Source: Akkermansiaceae bacterium
GTDB taxonomy: Bacteria > Verrucomicrobiota > Verrucomicrobiia > Verrucomicrobiales > Akkermansiaceae
Assembly (NCBI GenBank): GCA_029252325.1
Contig: JAQXBQ010000260.1
Span: forward strand, 1-51,474
Direction: 5' to 3'
DNA: 51,474 nucleotides
The translations under genes were made by a program, and so were the position numbers. The notes below the pieces were generated by a model. The model searched no databases and was not told the DNA's origin. It saw only the letters and a list, made by a program, of their open reading frames with translations. Below, one piece after another: positions 18,264-28,174 of this stretch (position 1 is its first letter; each line of letters starts with the position of its first letter).

Positions 18264-19697
18264 ATGGTAAGAGTTTTCCATATCCTGCTGACGAGCCTGA
18301 CGATTGTCGCCTGCCTCCAGCCGGTGATCTCCGCTGAAAAACGGCCTAATATCGTTTTCCTGCTGGCAGATGACATGAACCGTGACAGCTGGGGAGTATA
18401 CGGCAACAAGGACTGTAAGACCCCGAATATCGACAGGCTGGCCAAGGAGGGCTTGACCTTTGACTGGGCCTACTGCTCGGTGGCGATGTGTGCCCCGTTC
18501 CGGCAGGAGCTCTACAGCGGCAGAAGCCCATGGAGAACGCGCACCCTGGCCAACCACTCCAAATCAACGGTGGACACCAAAAGCATCCCCCATTACCTCA
18601 AACCCCTTGGTTACCGGGTGGCACTCGCCGGCAAGAGTCATATCGGGCCTCCGCAGGTTTACCCTTTTGAGCTACTGGGTAAAAAAGGTGGGCACAGCAA
18701 CAAGGATTTTGTCGCGAGTGCCTCGCAGTTTTTTGATGATTGCAGCAAGGCGGGTAAGCCCTTTTGCCTTTTCATCGCTTCGCATGACGGCCACGCACCC
18801 TTCACCACTGGAGACCCGTCACAGTATAATAAGGACGATGTGAGTATCCCGCCCTACTGGCTGGACACGCCGGTGTTGCGTGAAAAACTGGTTCAATATT
18901 ATGCCGAGGTGAGCAACTTCGATAAGCTGGTGGGTCAAATCCGCGCAGCCTTGGAACAGAGGTCGCTCTGGGACAACACGCTGTTCGTTGTATGTAGTGA
19001 GCAGGGAGTCCAGTTTCCTTTTGCGAAATGGACCTGTTACGACAACGCGCTGCACACGGGCTTGGTGATGAGCTGGCCCGGTGTCATCAAAGAGGGCTCA
19101 CATGCTGATGCATTGATTTCCATCGCAGATATGACCCCGACCTTCGTCGATGCGGCGGGCGGTGAGCTCAAAGCAGGAGACGTCGATGGCAAAAGTTTTC
19201 TCAAGACACTGCAGGGCGAGCAACAGGTCCTGCATGAGTATGTCTATGGGGCTTTTACCAATTGCAATATCATCAACAACAGGGATCGCATTTTTCCTAT
19301 CAGGTCGATCCGGAGTAAGGATTTTGCACTGATCTACAACCCCAACCACAAGAAGATCACCTCAAATGTGACGCTGGACGGCAAAGGAAGTGCAGCTGCA
19401 TCCTGGCAGGCATTGCAAGGCTCCTCGGACAGGGCCGACCGCCTGATTCGCAAGCTCAAGCACAGACCGGAATTTGAATTTTACCACCTCGCCGAGGACC
19501 CCTACGAGCTCAACAATGCGATCAATCAGCCGAAGTATGAGAGCATCATTGCCGGGATGAAAAAGGCACTGTTTGAAAAACTCGAGGCTCTCGGAGATCC
19601 GGATCCCATTGCCACGGAGAGGTCCTTGGTCAAAGTTGGCGGAAACAAAGGCGGCAAAATCAACCACCCTGGTCCAATCCATCTCAATCAGCCATAA
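18264..19697 (+). CDS. S1 sulfatase (N-sulfoglucosamine sulfohydrolase-like)
   Basis: RPNIVFLLADD, CAPFRQELYSGR, GKSH, SEQG..FPFAKWTCY, EDPYELNN. Confidence 0.9.
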   Translation: MVRVFHILLTSLTIVACLQPVISAEKRPNIVFLLADDMNRDSWGVYGNKDCKTPNIDRLAKEGLTFDWAYCSVAMCAPFRQELYSGRSPWRTRTLANHSKSTVDTKSIPHYLKPLGYRVALAGKSHIGPPQVYPFELLGKKGGHSNKDFVASASQFFDDCSKAGKPFCLFIASHDGHAPFTTGDPSQYNKDDVSIPPYWLDTPVLREKLVQYYAEVSNFDKLVGQIRAALEQRSLWDNTLFVVCSEQGVQFPFAKWTCYDNALHTGLVMSWPGVIKEGSHADALISIADMTPTFVDAAGGELKAGDVDGKSFLKTLQGEQQVLHEYVYGAFTNCNIINNRDRIFPIRSIRSKDFALIYNPNHKKITSNVTLDGKGSAAASWQALQGSSDRADRLIRKLKHRPEFEFYHLAEDPYELNNAINQPKYESIIAGMKKALFEKLEALGDPDPIATERSLVKVGGNKGGKINHPGPIHLNQP

Positions 19698-19709
19698 TCA
19701 ACGACAACC

Positions 19710-20390
19710 ATGAAAACACGCTCATCCATCATGACCACCATCACCGTAACCGGCCTCCTGCTGGCTGGCATCTCCATCGCACAAAGCGACGAAAAAAATG
19801 AAGCCACAGACCTCTTTGCCTCAGGGGATTTCTCCGCATGGACCACCGTGAAGGGGGCTCCCGTGGAAAAAGGTTGGAAGATCGAGGACGGGGTTGTCCA
19901 CCGCCACGCCAAAGGTGGAGACATCATCACCAAGGAATCCTACAAAGACTTTGAGCTCAGCTTTGAGTGGAAAATTTCCAAGGGAGGTAACAGCGGGGTG
20001 AAGTATCGCACCAAGGGCAGCTTCGGTCTGGAATATCAGGTGCTTGATGACCAAAATCACCCTGACCGCAAAATCGATAACCACCTCGCCGCCTCGATGT
20101 ATGAGATCATTGCTGCTTCCGCTGACAAACCGGTCAAACCAGTGGGCGATTGGAACCATGGGCGCATTGTTGCGAAGGGCAACCGCATCGAGCACTGGCT
20201 CAATGGCGTCAAGGTCGTCGAAATCGAATATGGTAGTGAGGACTGGAAAAAGCGTTTCCAGAAAAGCAAATACGCCAAAGGCAATTTCAAGAAGAAGAAC
20301 GAGGGCTTCGGCAGCTGGGAAGGCCCTATACTGCTCCAGGATCATCAGGATCCGGCCTGGTTCCGCAATCTGAAAATCAAACGACTCTAA
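19710..20390 (+). CDS. DUF1080 (3-keto-disaccharide hydrolase family) protein
   Basis: YKDFELSFEWK, GNSGVKY, EYQVLD, GDWN, HWLNG, LQDH...WFRNLKI. Confidence 0.9.
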   Translation: MKTRSSIMTTITVTGLLLAGISIAQSDEKNEATDLFASGDFSAWTTVKGAPVEKGWKIEDGVVHRHAKGGDIITKESYKDFELSFEWKISKGGNSGVKYRTKGSFGLEYQVLDDQNHPDRKIDNHLAASMYEIIAASADKPVKPVGDWNHGRIVAKGNRIEHWLNGVKVVEIEYGSEDWKKRFQKSKYAKGNFKKKNEGFGSWEGPILLQDHQDPAWFRNLKIKRL

Positions 20391-20475
20391 CACGCCTTGC
20401 AGCGTAGCTACTACCGTCTTTCCACTCACCATCTCCTGACCGACCCTCAGTAACTATTCATTAACCACTCTGGTC

Positions 20476-22611
20476 ATGCACTTCCATTCTAAGCACACCG
20501 CCGCCATGCTCGCAGCTGGCTTCCTCTTACCGACATTCTTGTCCGAACCCGTACTGGCACAAAGTGGCGACAAGAAAGAGAAAAACAAAGACCTGCTCGA
20601 ATCCACCAACTGGCGCAAGTGGGCTCCCGACCCAGCTCCTTTTCTTAGCCCGAATGAAACTGCCAAGGGCTTCAAGGTAGCACCCGGTTTCAAGGTCGAG
20701 CTAGTAGCGGCTTCACCGATGATCAAGGATCCAGTGTTTGCTGAGTTTGATCTCGAGGGGCGCCTCTGGGTCTGTGAGTTCCAATCCTACATGATGAACG
20801 CTGACGGCACTGGTGAGCACGCCCCTATCAGCCGGGTTCAGGTGCTGGAAGACACCGATGGGGACGGCCGCATGGACAAGGCTACTACATTCCTCGATAA
20901 GATACTCAACCCACGCAGCGTATCCATCGTCAAGGGTGGGGCTCTGGTTTCGCTGGGTAACGGCAAACTCATCTTTGCCGAGGATACGGATGGCGATCTG
21001 GTTGCGGACAAGCGCACCCCTCTCATTGACTTTGCCACTGCGGCACCGGACAACATCGAACACGCGGAAAACGGGCTGCACTTCGCTATTGATAATTGGA
21101 TGTATAACTCCAAGTCCCAGCGCCGCCTGCAATGGCGGGATGGTCAGATCATCGAATCCCCCACCAAGCCCCGTGGCCAGTGGGGCATGAGCTCAGATGC
21201 TTACGGACGTCTCTACTACAATTCGAACAGCGTCTGGTTTCAGGCTGACTCCGAGATTTACGACCGACAATACCATGAAGCCCGCACCCCTGACAACAGA
21301 GTGCGCGCCATTAGAACCAATACCGCGATCAACCGTGCTTACAGGCCCGGCACGATCAAAAAAGACGGGCGCATTGACCGGATCACCTCGGTCAGTGGTT
21401 TGGCCGTGCACAGTGACGGTGCCTTTGGTGAGCAATGGCAGGGTGCGGTGTTTGGCTTCAGCCCCGGAACCAACACCGTGGGGGCGTTCCAAGCCAATGC
21501 CCCGATGCCTGCTACATCTAAATTCAAGCACGTCCACTACCCGGATGACAAGTGGACCAAGCGCGAGTTCCTTGCCAGCACGGACGAGCGCTTCCGCCCG
21601 GTGAACGGCTCTTTTGGACCGGATGGCTGCCTCTACATTGTTGATCTAAACCGTGGTATCATCCAGGACCAGGTTTTCCTCACCTCTTACCTGCGCCGTC
21701 AGTCCGAGGAACGAGAACTCGACAAGCACATTGGCAAAGGGCGCATCTGGCGGGTGGTTCCCGAGGATCACCAACCAGTGGCCGCGCCCGAAGGGCTTGT
21801 TGAAGGCCTTTCCCACCCCTACCTCTGGTGGCGACTCCATTCCCAAAAGCGCATTGTGGAAGAGCAGCGCACCGATCTGGTCGCCGATTTGATCAAGCTG
21901 GCCGGTGAAGGCAGCCCGAAGGCAAAGCCCCACGCCATGTGGGCACTGGCAGGGCTCGGCTCTCTCTTCGGAGAAATCATTAGCAACAACCTGGAAGATG
22001 AAGATTGGTTTGTCAAAATGACGGCCCTGCGCCTGGCGGGTGAGGCCGCGGGAGACGAGGCCAGCTTCCCTGCCGAGCACAAAAGCAGTGCTGACAAGAT
22101 CAGCAAGAGTAGCACTACCGTGCTGGCTAGTTACGCAAAAACCCTCATCAGCGATGGTTACCCCAAGCGCAATAAGTCGGTTTACAAGGACAAGGTTCCT
22201 GCTTGGGTCAAGAAAGACAGCACCCTGAAAAAAGCCTACGCCGACGGCCAGAAAACCTACGGCCAATTCTGTGCCGCCTGCCACCAGCCCAATGGCAAAG
22301 GCATGGCCAACATCGCACCTGGCCTGGTCAAGAGCGACTGGGTGACCGAGGATTCAAGCGTACTGATTGGCGTGGCCGTGCATGGCCTCTCCGGGCCCAT
22401 CCACATCAATGGCAAACTCGCCGAGAATATTCCTCCGGTGATGCCCGGGCACGGTTTCCTCAAAGACCAGCAACTTGCCGATGTCCTCACCTACGTGCGC
22501 AATGCCTGGGGCAACAAAGCGGCTGCCGTCTCTACCGATGAGATCAAAACCTACCGTGAAAACAATGCGGACCGGGCTGCCCCATGGACTGAAGCCGAGC
22601 TTGTCAAATAA
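20476..22611 (+). CDS. PVC-type membrane-bound dehydrogenase-like propeller protein with HEAT-like region and C-terminal cytochrome c
   Basis: GFKVELVA..P.I.DPV...FD..GRLWV.E, LEDTDGDGRMDK, FRPV....GPDG.LYIVD, CAACHQPNGKG heme motif, MPG, ADVLTYVRNAWGN. Confidence 0.88.
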   Translation: MHFHSKHTAAMLAAGFLLPTFLSEPVLAQSGDKKEKNKDLLESTNWRKWAPDPAPFLSPNETAKGFKVAPGFKVELVAASPMIKDPVFAEFDLEGRLWVCEFQSYMMNADGTGEHAPISRVQVLEDTDGDGRMDKATTFLDKILNPRSVSIVKGGALVSLGNGKLIFAEDTDGDLVADKRTPLIDFATAAPDNIEHAENGLHFAIDNWMYNSKSQRRLQWRDGQIIESPTKPRGQWGMSSDAYGRLYYNSNSVWFQADSEIYDRQYHEARTPDNRVRAIRTNTAINRAYRPGTIKKDGRIDRITSVSGLAVHSDGAFGEQWQGAVFGFSPGTNTVGAFQANAPMPATSKFKHVHYPDDKWTKREFLASTDERFRPVNGSFGPDGCLYIVDLNRGIIQDQVFLTSYLRRQSEERELDKHIGKGRIWRVVPEDHQPVAAPEGLVEGLSHPYLWWRLHSQKRIVEEQRTDLVADLIKLAGEGSPKAKPHAMWALAGLGSLFGEIISNNLEDEDWFVKMTALRLAGEAAGDEASFPAEHKSSADKISKSSTTVLASYAKTLISDGYPKRNKSVYKDKVPAWVKKDSTLKKAYADGQKTYGQFCAACHQPNGKGMANIAPGLVKSDWVTEDSSVLIGVAVHGLSGPIHINGKLAENIPPVMPGHGFLKDQQLADVLTYVRNAWGNKAAAVSTDEIKTYRENNADRAAPWTEAELVK

Positions 22612-22662
22612 TCATCAAGATTAAGACAGATTCCATCATCTGAAATTCAAACGGCTCCAATC

Positions 22663-24093
22663 ATGCGTTATTCATTAGCAGCTAGCATCTTTTTACTCGC
22701 CCTCATCAGTCCGGTTTTTGCCGGGGTCTACCAGACCAACGGCATTAAAATCGGTGAGGTGGATCAAACCTCCGCTCTCATCTGGACCCGCCTCACCCAG
22801 GACGCGCAGCCCAAGCATGATGGTGCAGACTTCATCCGGCCCGCTAAGCGCGACAAAAAAAACCGGGGGCCTCTCAGCATGGCAGAGCAGCTGCCCGAGG
22901 GCAAAACGCTTGCCGACATGCGGGGCGCTGTGCCGGGGGCTGCGGGAAGCGTGCGTATCACATGGGCAGACAGCAATGGCCATGAAGCATTGACCGAATG
23001 GATGCCGGTTGATGCTAACAAGGATCACACCCTGCAGCACCGCATCAAGGACCTGAAGCCGGGCAGCACCTACACCCTCACCGTTGAAAGCCGGGACAGC
23101 GACGGCCAGGCCGGCCAGAGCATCCATGGAAAATTCCGCACCGCCCCTGCCGCGGACCAAGAGGCTCCTATTTCCTTGGTGGTGGTCTCCTGCCAGGAAT
23201 ACTCACGCCGGGACAGCCCGGAGGGACATAAGATTTACCCCAGCATGCTCGCCCTTGATCCGGATTTTTTCGTTCACACCGGTGACATCGAGTACTACGA
23301 CAAGGCGGACCCTTACGCGACCAATGTGGAACTCGCCCGCTTCAAATGGAACCGCCTCTATGGCCTGCCCAAGCTCGCCAAGTTCCATAGCCAGGTCTCG
23401 AGCTACTTTATCAAGGACGATCACGACACCATCAAGAACGATGCTTGGCCGGGGATGGACTACGGCGATCTCAGCTGGGAGCAGGGGCTGGATCTGTTCC
23501 GCGAACAGTTCCCCGTCAAGAAAGACAACTACCGCACGATACGCTGGGGCAAGGACCTGCAGGTCTGGCTGGTTGAAGGCAGGGACTACCGCAGCCCGAA
23601 CACCATGCCCGATGGCCCGGAGAAAACCATCTGGGGCAAGGAGCAGAAAGAGTGGTTCTTCCGCACTTTCAGGGAATCCGACGCGACCTTCCGTCTGCTG
23701 ATCTCCCCCACTACGATCGTCGGGCCGGACCGTGGCAATAAAGGCGACAACCACGCCAATGAAGCTTTTACCCATGAAGGAGACGAGATTCGCAAGTTCA
23801 TTGCCTCCCAGAAAAATGCCTACATCGTCTGTGGTGATCGTCACTGGCAGCACGTCTCCATCGATGGCAAAACCGGCGTGAAGGAGTTCTCTTGTGGCGC
23901 TACCTCGGACAAACACGCCGGAGGTTGGAAAGAAGGTAATATCCTGCCGGAGCATCAATACCTCAAGGTCAAAGGAGGCTTCCTGGGTATTACCGTCAGC
24001 CGAGAGAACGGCACCCCGGTCTTGAAAGGCACCCACTACAGCGTGGATGGCAAGGTCTACAATGTGGACACCAATCTGGCCGATCAAAAATAG
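22663..24093 (+). CDS. PhoD-like alkaline phosphatase
   Basis: GEVDQTSALIWTR, FVHTGDIEYYD, KDDHD, GRDYRS, GDRHWQH. Confidence 0.88.
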   Translation: MRYSLAASIFLLALISPVFAGVYQTNGIKIGEVDQTSALIWTRLTQDAQPKHDGADFIRPAKRDKKNRGPLSMAEQLPEGKTLADMRGAVPGAAGSVRITWADSNGHEALTEWMPVDANKDHTLQHRIKDLKPGSTYTLTVESRDSDGQAGQSIHGKFRTAPAADQEAPISLVVVSCQEYSRRDSPEGHKIYPSMLALDPDFFVHTGDIEYYDKADPYATNVELARFKWNRLYGLPKLAKFHSQVSSYFIKDDHDTIKNDAWPGMDYGDLSWEQGLDLFREQFPVKKDNYRTIRWGKDLQVWLVEGRDYRSPNTMPDGPEKTIWGKEQKEWFFRTFRESDATFRLLISPTTIVGPDRGNKGDNHANEAFTHEGDEIRKFIASQKNAYIVCGDRHWQHVSIDGKTGVKEFSCGATSDKHAGGWKEGNILPEHQYLKVKGGFLGITVSRENGTPVLKGTHYSVDGKVYNVDTNLADQK

Positions 24094-24152
24094 CTTCCAG
24101 GGAGAATTTATTGATGTTTTCCGTACCTGAAGAGCGTATGGTAAACCTAAAT

Positions 24153-24935
24153 ATGAAATCCAAAATCATTCATCGTGCTGCTCTTTGTTGTGCAGCCTTG
24201 TTCATCCTGTCAAATCCTGCCAGTGCCAGCAAACCGGATCAGCAAGCAGACTACGACAAGTCCAAGGACATTGGCACAAAAGCCCCCGAGGGTGCGGATC
24301 TACCGTTTGATGGCACCATGGAGTCGGTCAAAAAGCATTGGCTGATGTGGCCCAAGCAAGACATGGACATCACTTGGAAAGTAGTTCAGAGCCCGACGGA
24401 CAACGGCATGACTCTGATGACGGATGGTGGCCGGAGATGGGGCACACATGATCTGGTGACCAAGAAGAATTATCATGATTTTGAAGGGCATGTGGAGTTT
24501 GTCATGATGGGCAGCCGGGGAGACGGCAAAGCCGAGGGCTACACCAACAGTGGCGTTTACCTGCAGAATCGCCATGAGCTTCAGATTGAATCCCCTAAGG
24601 GCAAAAACGCGGCTGACCCCTACAACTGGAAGATCGGCCCGCATGGGATCGCCGCCGTGTGCATGGAACACGTGCCCCAGGGCAATGCCTGGCGCCCCAA
24701 TGGCCAGTGGCACGCCTTTCACTTCATCTTCAAAGCTGCCGAGTGGGATGGTGAAAAGCTTAAAGAGCCGGCACGCCTCAGCCTCTGGTGGAATGGCATC
24801 AAAGTACACGACAATGTCCCCGTAAAACACGCCAATGGTGGAGTGAAAAACGCCGGCACTGACCAGCCACTCAAGCTACAAGAGCACGGCCAAGATGTTC
24901 GCTTCCGTAACATCTGGATCAGGGAGATCAAGTAA
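24153..24935 (+). CDS. DUF1080 family protein
   Basis: Signal peptide; DFEGHVEF, NSGVYLQNRHELQI, WNGIKVH, LQEHG..VRFRNIWI. Confidence 0.88.
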   Translation: MKSKIIHRAALCCAALFILSNPASASKPDQQADYDKSKDIGTKAPEGADLPFDGTMESVKKHWLMWPKQDMDITWKVVQSPTDNGMTLMTDGGRRWGTHDLVTKKNYHDFEGHVEFVMMGSRGDGKAEGYTNSGVYLQNRHELQIESPKGKNAADPYNWKIGPHGIAAVCMEHVPQGNAWRPNGQWHAFHFIFKAAEWDGEKLKEPARLSLWWNGIKVHDNVPVKHANGGVKNAGTDQPLKLQEHGQDVRFRNIWIREIK

Positions 24936-25173
24936 GGCTGGCACCAGCATCATCAGAACTGATGACTAGCCAACTGGGCTAAGTCAGCTATTCTGTTCTG
25001 TGCTCATGGATGCGACCGTTGATTCTCACGGGATGCCTTACATGGATTTGATCCAATTGACTCATTTCGATGAGAAATCAGATCTCGCTCTCATATAGTG
25101 TTTTTAGGTAAAGATATGACCTACCCTCAACGTATTGAGAAGAGCAGACCAAATCACACTGCACCACAACAGC

Positions 25174-27009
25174 ATGGCAAAAAAATCAACTAGCACCCCG
25201 TCTGCAATTATCGCTCTCTTGCTCGGCACCAGCCTCTCTGGCTTTGCTCAGCAAGACAGCCTCACTCCCTACACCTCTGCCGACCAGGTCCCCAAAGATG
25301 CCCTCGCACTCTGGGACAGCTATGATTCCAGTGTAGAAGCCCTGGACGTCAAGGTTCACCAAGAGTGGAAAAAAGACGGAGTGGTATCACGCTTGATTAC
25401 TTTCAAGGTAGGTACTTTTAAGGGCGCGGACTCTCGCATCGCCGCCTACTACTGCTTTCCAGAGAATGGCAATAAAAACCCCGCCTTTGTCTGGAGTCAC
25501 GGTGGTGGCCAATGCGCTGACCGCAACCGCGGCCACTACTTCGCGACTCAGGGCTTTGCCACCGTCGATATCAACTGGCTAGGACGCCCGCTCGAAGGTG
25601 CAAAAGAAGGTCTCACAGACTGGGGAAAAATCGACCCTACCCAAGGGCCCAATTTCTACGCTAAGGCGTTGCGTAAGCACTTCAAAAGCAGCTTCCACCC
25701 TGATGAGCACAGTGTGGATCCCATCATAAGTCCGCGTAATTCAAACTGGTTCATGCTCTCGCTCGCAGGACGCCGCGCGCTCACTTTTCTTGAGCAGCAG
25801 CCAGAGGTTGACGCCTCTAAACTCGGATTCACCGGCTTCTCCATGGGAGGCACGATCACCTCGATGACCTCTACCGACAAGCGGCTCAAAGCGGTCGCCC
25901 CCTTTGTTGGAGGAACCGCCAACCTCCATGAGAACTACCCTGGTATGAATAGTGGTGGAGTGATCCGCAACATCGGAGACCTCGAGCTCTACAAAAACAC
26001 CATCGACCCTGGCGCCTACTGGAAGCATGTCACTGTGCCCGTGATGTTTATCACCTCGTCTAATGACTTCCACTCCACCTTGGATCGCATTTACCAATCC
26101 ATGGACCTACTGCCGCACGACAACTGGCGCGTTACCGGCAACATGCACGCCAACCACGGCCCTGGACCTGAACAATGGATCATGCTCACCCACTGGTTCA
26201 AGCAGCACCTTGCAGGTGATGAGCAAGATATCCCCGCCACGCCACCCTCGACCTTCAAGATTGAGAACAACACGGCGCACTTCACCGTCACACCTGCCCA
26301 GAAAGAGCGCCTGAAAGACGTTGAAATTTATTACAGCTATCACCCCAACGCGATCACCCGCTTTTGGAAAAAAGCCACTACGACTGAGGAAGCAGATACC
26401 TGGAAAGCAACGATTCCCGTTTATTCTAAGCTACCCCTCTACACATTTGCTCTCTGCCGTTACAAGCTTGCAGAGGAACATCCACTGGAAAGAGGCTCTA
26501 CCAAAACCTTCAGCATCAACTCCTACGAGCACACCCATATCCCCGCAGATATCGACCTCGCGGCTTTCAAGAATCTTCCAAAGTCCAGCCTTGTTGACGA
26601 CTTCTCTAACGGCATGGTCAACTGGAGTAGCCGAGATGGGGCAAATTTTAAAACTTACAAATTCCAAGACCCCCAACTCGACACCACTCTTGGCAACAAG
26701 CTCGCCATCACTCTAAACATCAAAGAGGGGCAAGATGTTCTGTTAGGCGTCGGTCTTGATAGTAAATTCAACGGCAACGGCAATGACCTAGGTAATTTTA
26801 ACTACGGGAGCAAAATCAGTGGCCACGGCCCCAAGACTATCCTGCTCGAGGCCAAGGATTTCAAGAGCAAGGACGACAAAGCGCTGGAATGGTCAAAAGT
26901 CTCCACCTTCTCAATCACTCTCACAGACGCCGAAACAAAGCAACGCATCAAACTTGCCGAACCGAAAAACGCCGGCTTGCTTCAGCGCATTGAGCTCATC
27001 AAGCCGTAG
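25174..27009 (+). CDS. secreted alpha/beta-hydrolase (acetyl xylan esterase / dienelactone hydrolase-like) with C-terminal beta-sandwich
   Basis: HGGGQ, RRALTFLEQQPEVD...LGFTGFSMGG nucleophile elbow, NDFH, NHG. Confidence 0.8.
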   Translation: MAKKSTSTPSAIIALLLGTSLSGFAQQDSLTPYTSADQVPKDALALWDSYDSSVEALDVKVHQEWKKDGVVSRLITFKVGTFKGADSRIAAYYCFPENGNKNPAFVWSHGGGQCADRNRGHYFATQGFATVDINWLGRPLEGAKEGLTDWGKIDPTQGPNFYAKALRKHFKSSFHPDEHSVDPIISPRNSNWFMLSLAGRRALTFLEQQPEVDASKLGFTGFSMGGTITSMTSTDKRLKAVAPFVGGTANLHENYPGMNSGGVIRNIGDLELYKNTIDPGAYWKHVTVPVMFITSSNDFHSTLDRIYQSMDLLPHDNWRVTGNMHANHGPGPEQWIMLTHWFKQHLAGDEQDIPATPPSTFKIENNTAHFTVTPAQKERLKDVEIYYSYHPNAITRFWKKATTTEEADTWKATIPVYSKLPLYTFALCRYKLAEEHPLERGSTKTFSINSYEHTHIPADIDLAAFKNLPKSSLVDDFSNGMVNWSSRDGANFKTYKFQDPQLDTTLGNKLAITLNIKEGQDVLLGVGLDSKFNGNGNDLGNFNYGSKISGHGPKTILLEAKDFKSKDDKALEWSKVSTFSITLTDAETKQRIKLAEPKNAGLLQRIELIKP

Positions 27010-27033
27010 ACTCAACTATTCAGCGAATAAAAT

Positions 27034-28161
27034 ATGAACAAATTACTTACCATCACACTACTATCAAGCCTAGCGACTGCCTCTGCTGACCCAGCCTCAG
27101 TAGAACGTGGCAAAGCACTCTACCAACAAATCTGCATGACCTGCCATGGTCCCCACATGGAGGGTGGAATCGGCCCAGCTCTCGCTGACTCGTTCTGGAA
27201 ACATGGTGATAGCCCAGAGGCCATCAACCGAGCAATCACCAAAGGCATTGCGGGCACTGAAATGGCTGCCTTTGAAGCCATCTATTCTGCCGAAGACCGC
27301 CAAGCCCTCACCGACTACATCCTCTCCAAGCAAGAGGGCATTCGTGAAGTGGTGCGTTACGTCTACCCAAAAGATCATTTCAAAGACAAGCGCCTCGCTC
27401 CTGAGCTCTTCAAAACCATCGAGTCCACTTCATCAACTCCACTCCCTGAAAACTGGCTCTACGTGAAACGTAACCTCGAAGGTGTTGTTCGCGTCACTGC
27501 CAAAGCTTACATTCAAAAGCCCGGCTCCTATCGCTTCGACATCCGCCGGGTAGGCCGCACAGCCGTTTACTTCGAGGGCAAAGAAGTTCACTACTCAGAT
27601 GAAAAGTCTCCCAAAACAGACGACGTCAACGAAAAGCTCCAGCTTGAGGCCGGCACTTACAGCTTTGAAATTTTTCACGAGGAAAAGAGAGCCCATAGCT
27701 ACAAATTCTACGGTAACTTAGTGGGACCAGCGGGAGCTCGCTACGTCCTCTCCGGCCGTAGCCTCCAAGGGAGTATTCCCAGAGTTATCGTCGCTGGCCC
27801 CGCCGCAAAGATCGAGCGCAAGTGGATCAAAGACCTACCGCCGCGCGCCCTCCTCTGCCTGCTGCCCAACAAAGTGATCGTCGCCTACAATCCCGTTGAC
27901 GGCACCATCATTGATGCGTGGCACGAGGCTGAGATCAATCAAACCCCATCACTCGCAGATCGTAGCGCAACCCCATCACAAATCGACGGCAAACAAATAC
28001 CCGATAGTACACGCCCGACTCACGAGGGCACAAACATCGAATTTATTGCTTACGAGGTCGCCCAAGCCAATGCCCTGATCCACTCCGTGGTTGATGGCAA
28101 GCCTGTCACCCTTTGTATCGCTCCAGAGGGCGACAACTCATTCACTATTTCCACCAAGTAA
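27034..28161 (+). CDS. c-type cytochrome with C-terminal (PA14-like) domain
   Basis: Signal peptide, CMTCHG..MEGGIGPAL.D..WKHG, M..F; later PGSYRF..., LEAGTYSFEIFH beta-sandwich. Confidence 0.8.
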   Translation: MNKLLTITLLSSLATASADPASVERGKALYQQICMTCHGPHMEGGIGPALADSFWKHGDSPEAINRAITKGIAGTEMAAFEAIYSAEDRQALTDYILSKQEGIREVVRYVYPKDHFKDKRLAPELFKTIESTSSTPLPENWLYVKRNLEGVVRVTAKAYIQKPGSYRFDIRRVGRTAVYFEGKEVHYSDEKSPKTDDVNEKLQLEAGTYSFEIFHEEKRAHSYKFYGNLVGPAGARYVLSGRSLQGSIPRVIVAGPAAKIERKWIKDLPPRALLCLLPNKVIVAYNPVDGTIIDAWHEAEINQTPSLADRSATPSQIDGKQIPDSTRPTHEGTNIEFIAYEVAQANALIHSVVDGKPVTLCIAPEGDNSFTISTK

Positions 28162-28174
28162 ACTCATTTATAAC

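Noticed and set aside
23203-24087. 294-aa minus-strand ORF, and similar long antisense ORFs elsewhere (e.g. 3945-4628, 6595-7203, 21646-22284, 47017-47637)
   Set aside because: Fully overlap strong genes on the other strand and show no motifs; expected from codon bias.
24962-24990. Hairpin TGACTAGCC...GGCTAAGTCA after the DUF1080 gene
   Set aside because: Imperfect stem and weak U tract; not confident enough to call a terminator.
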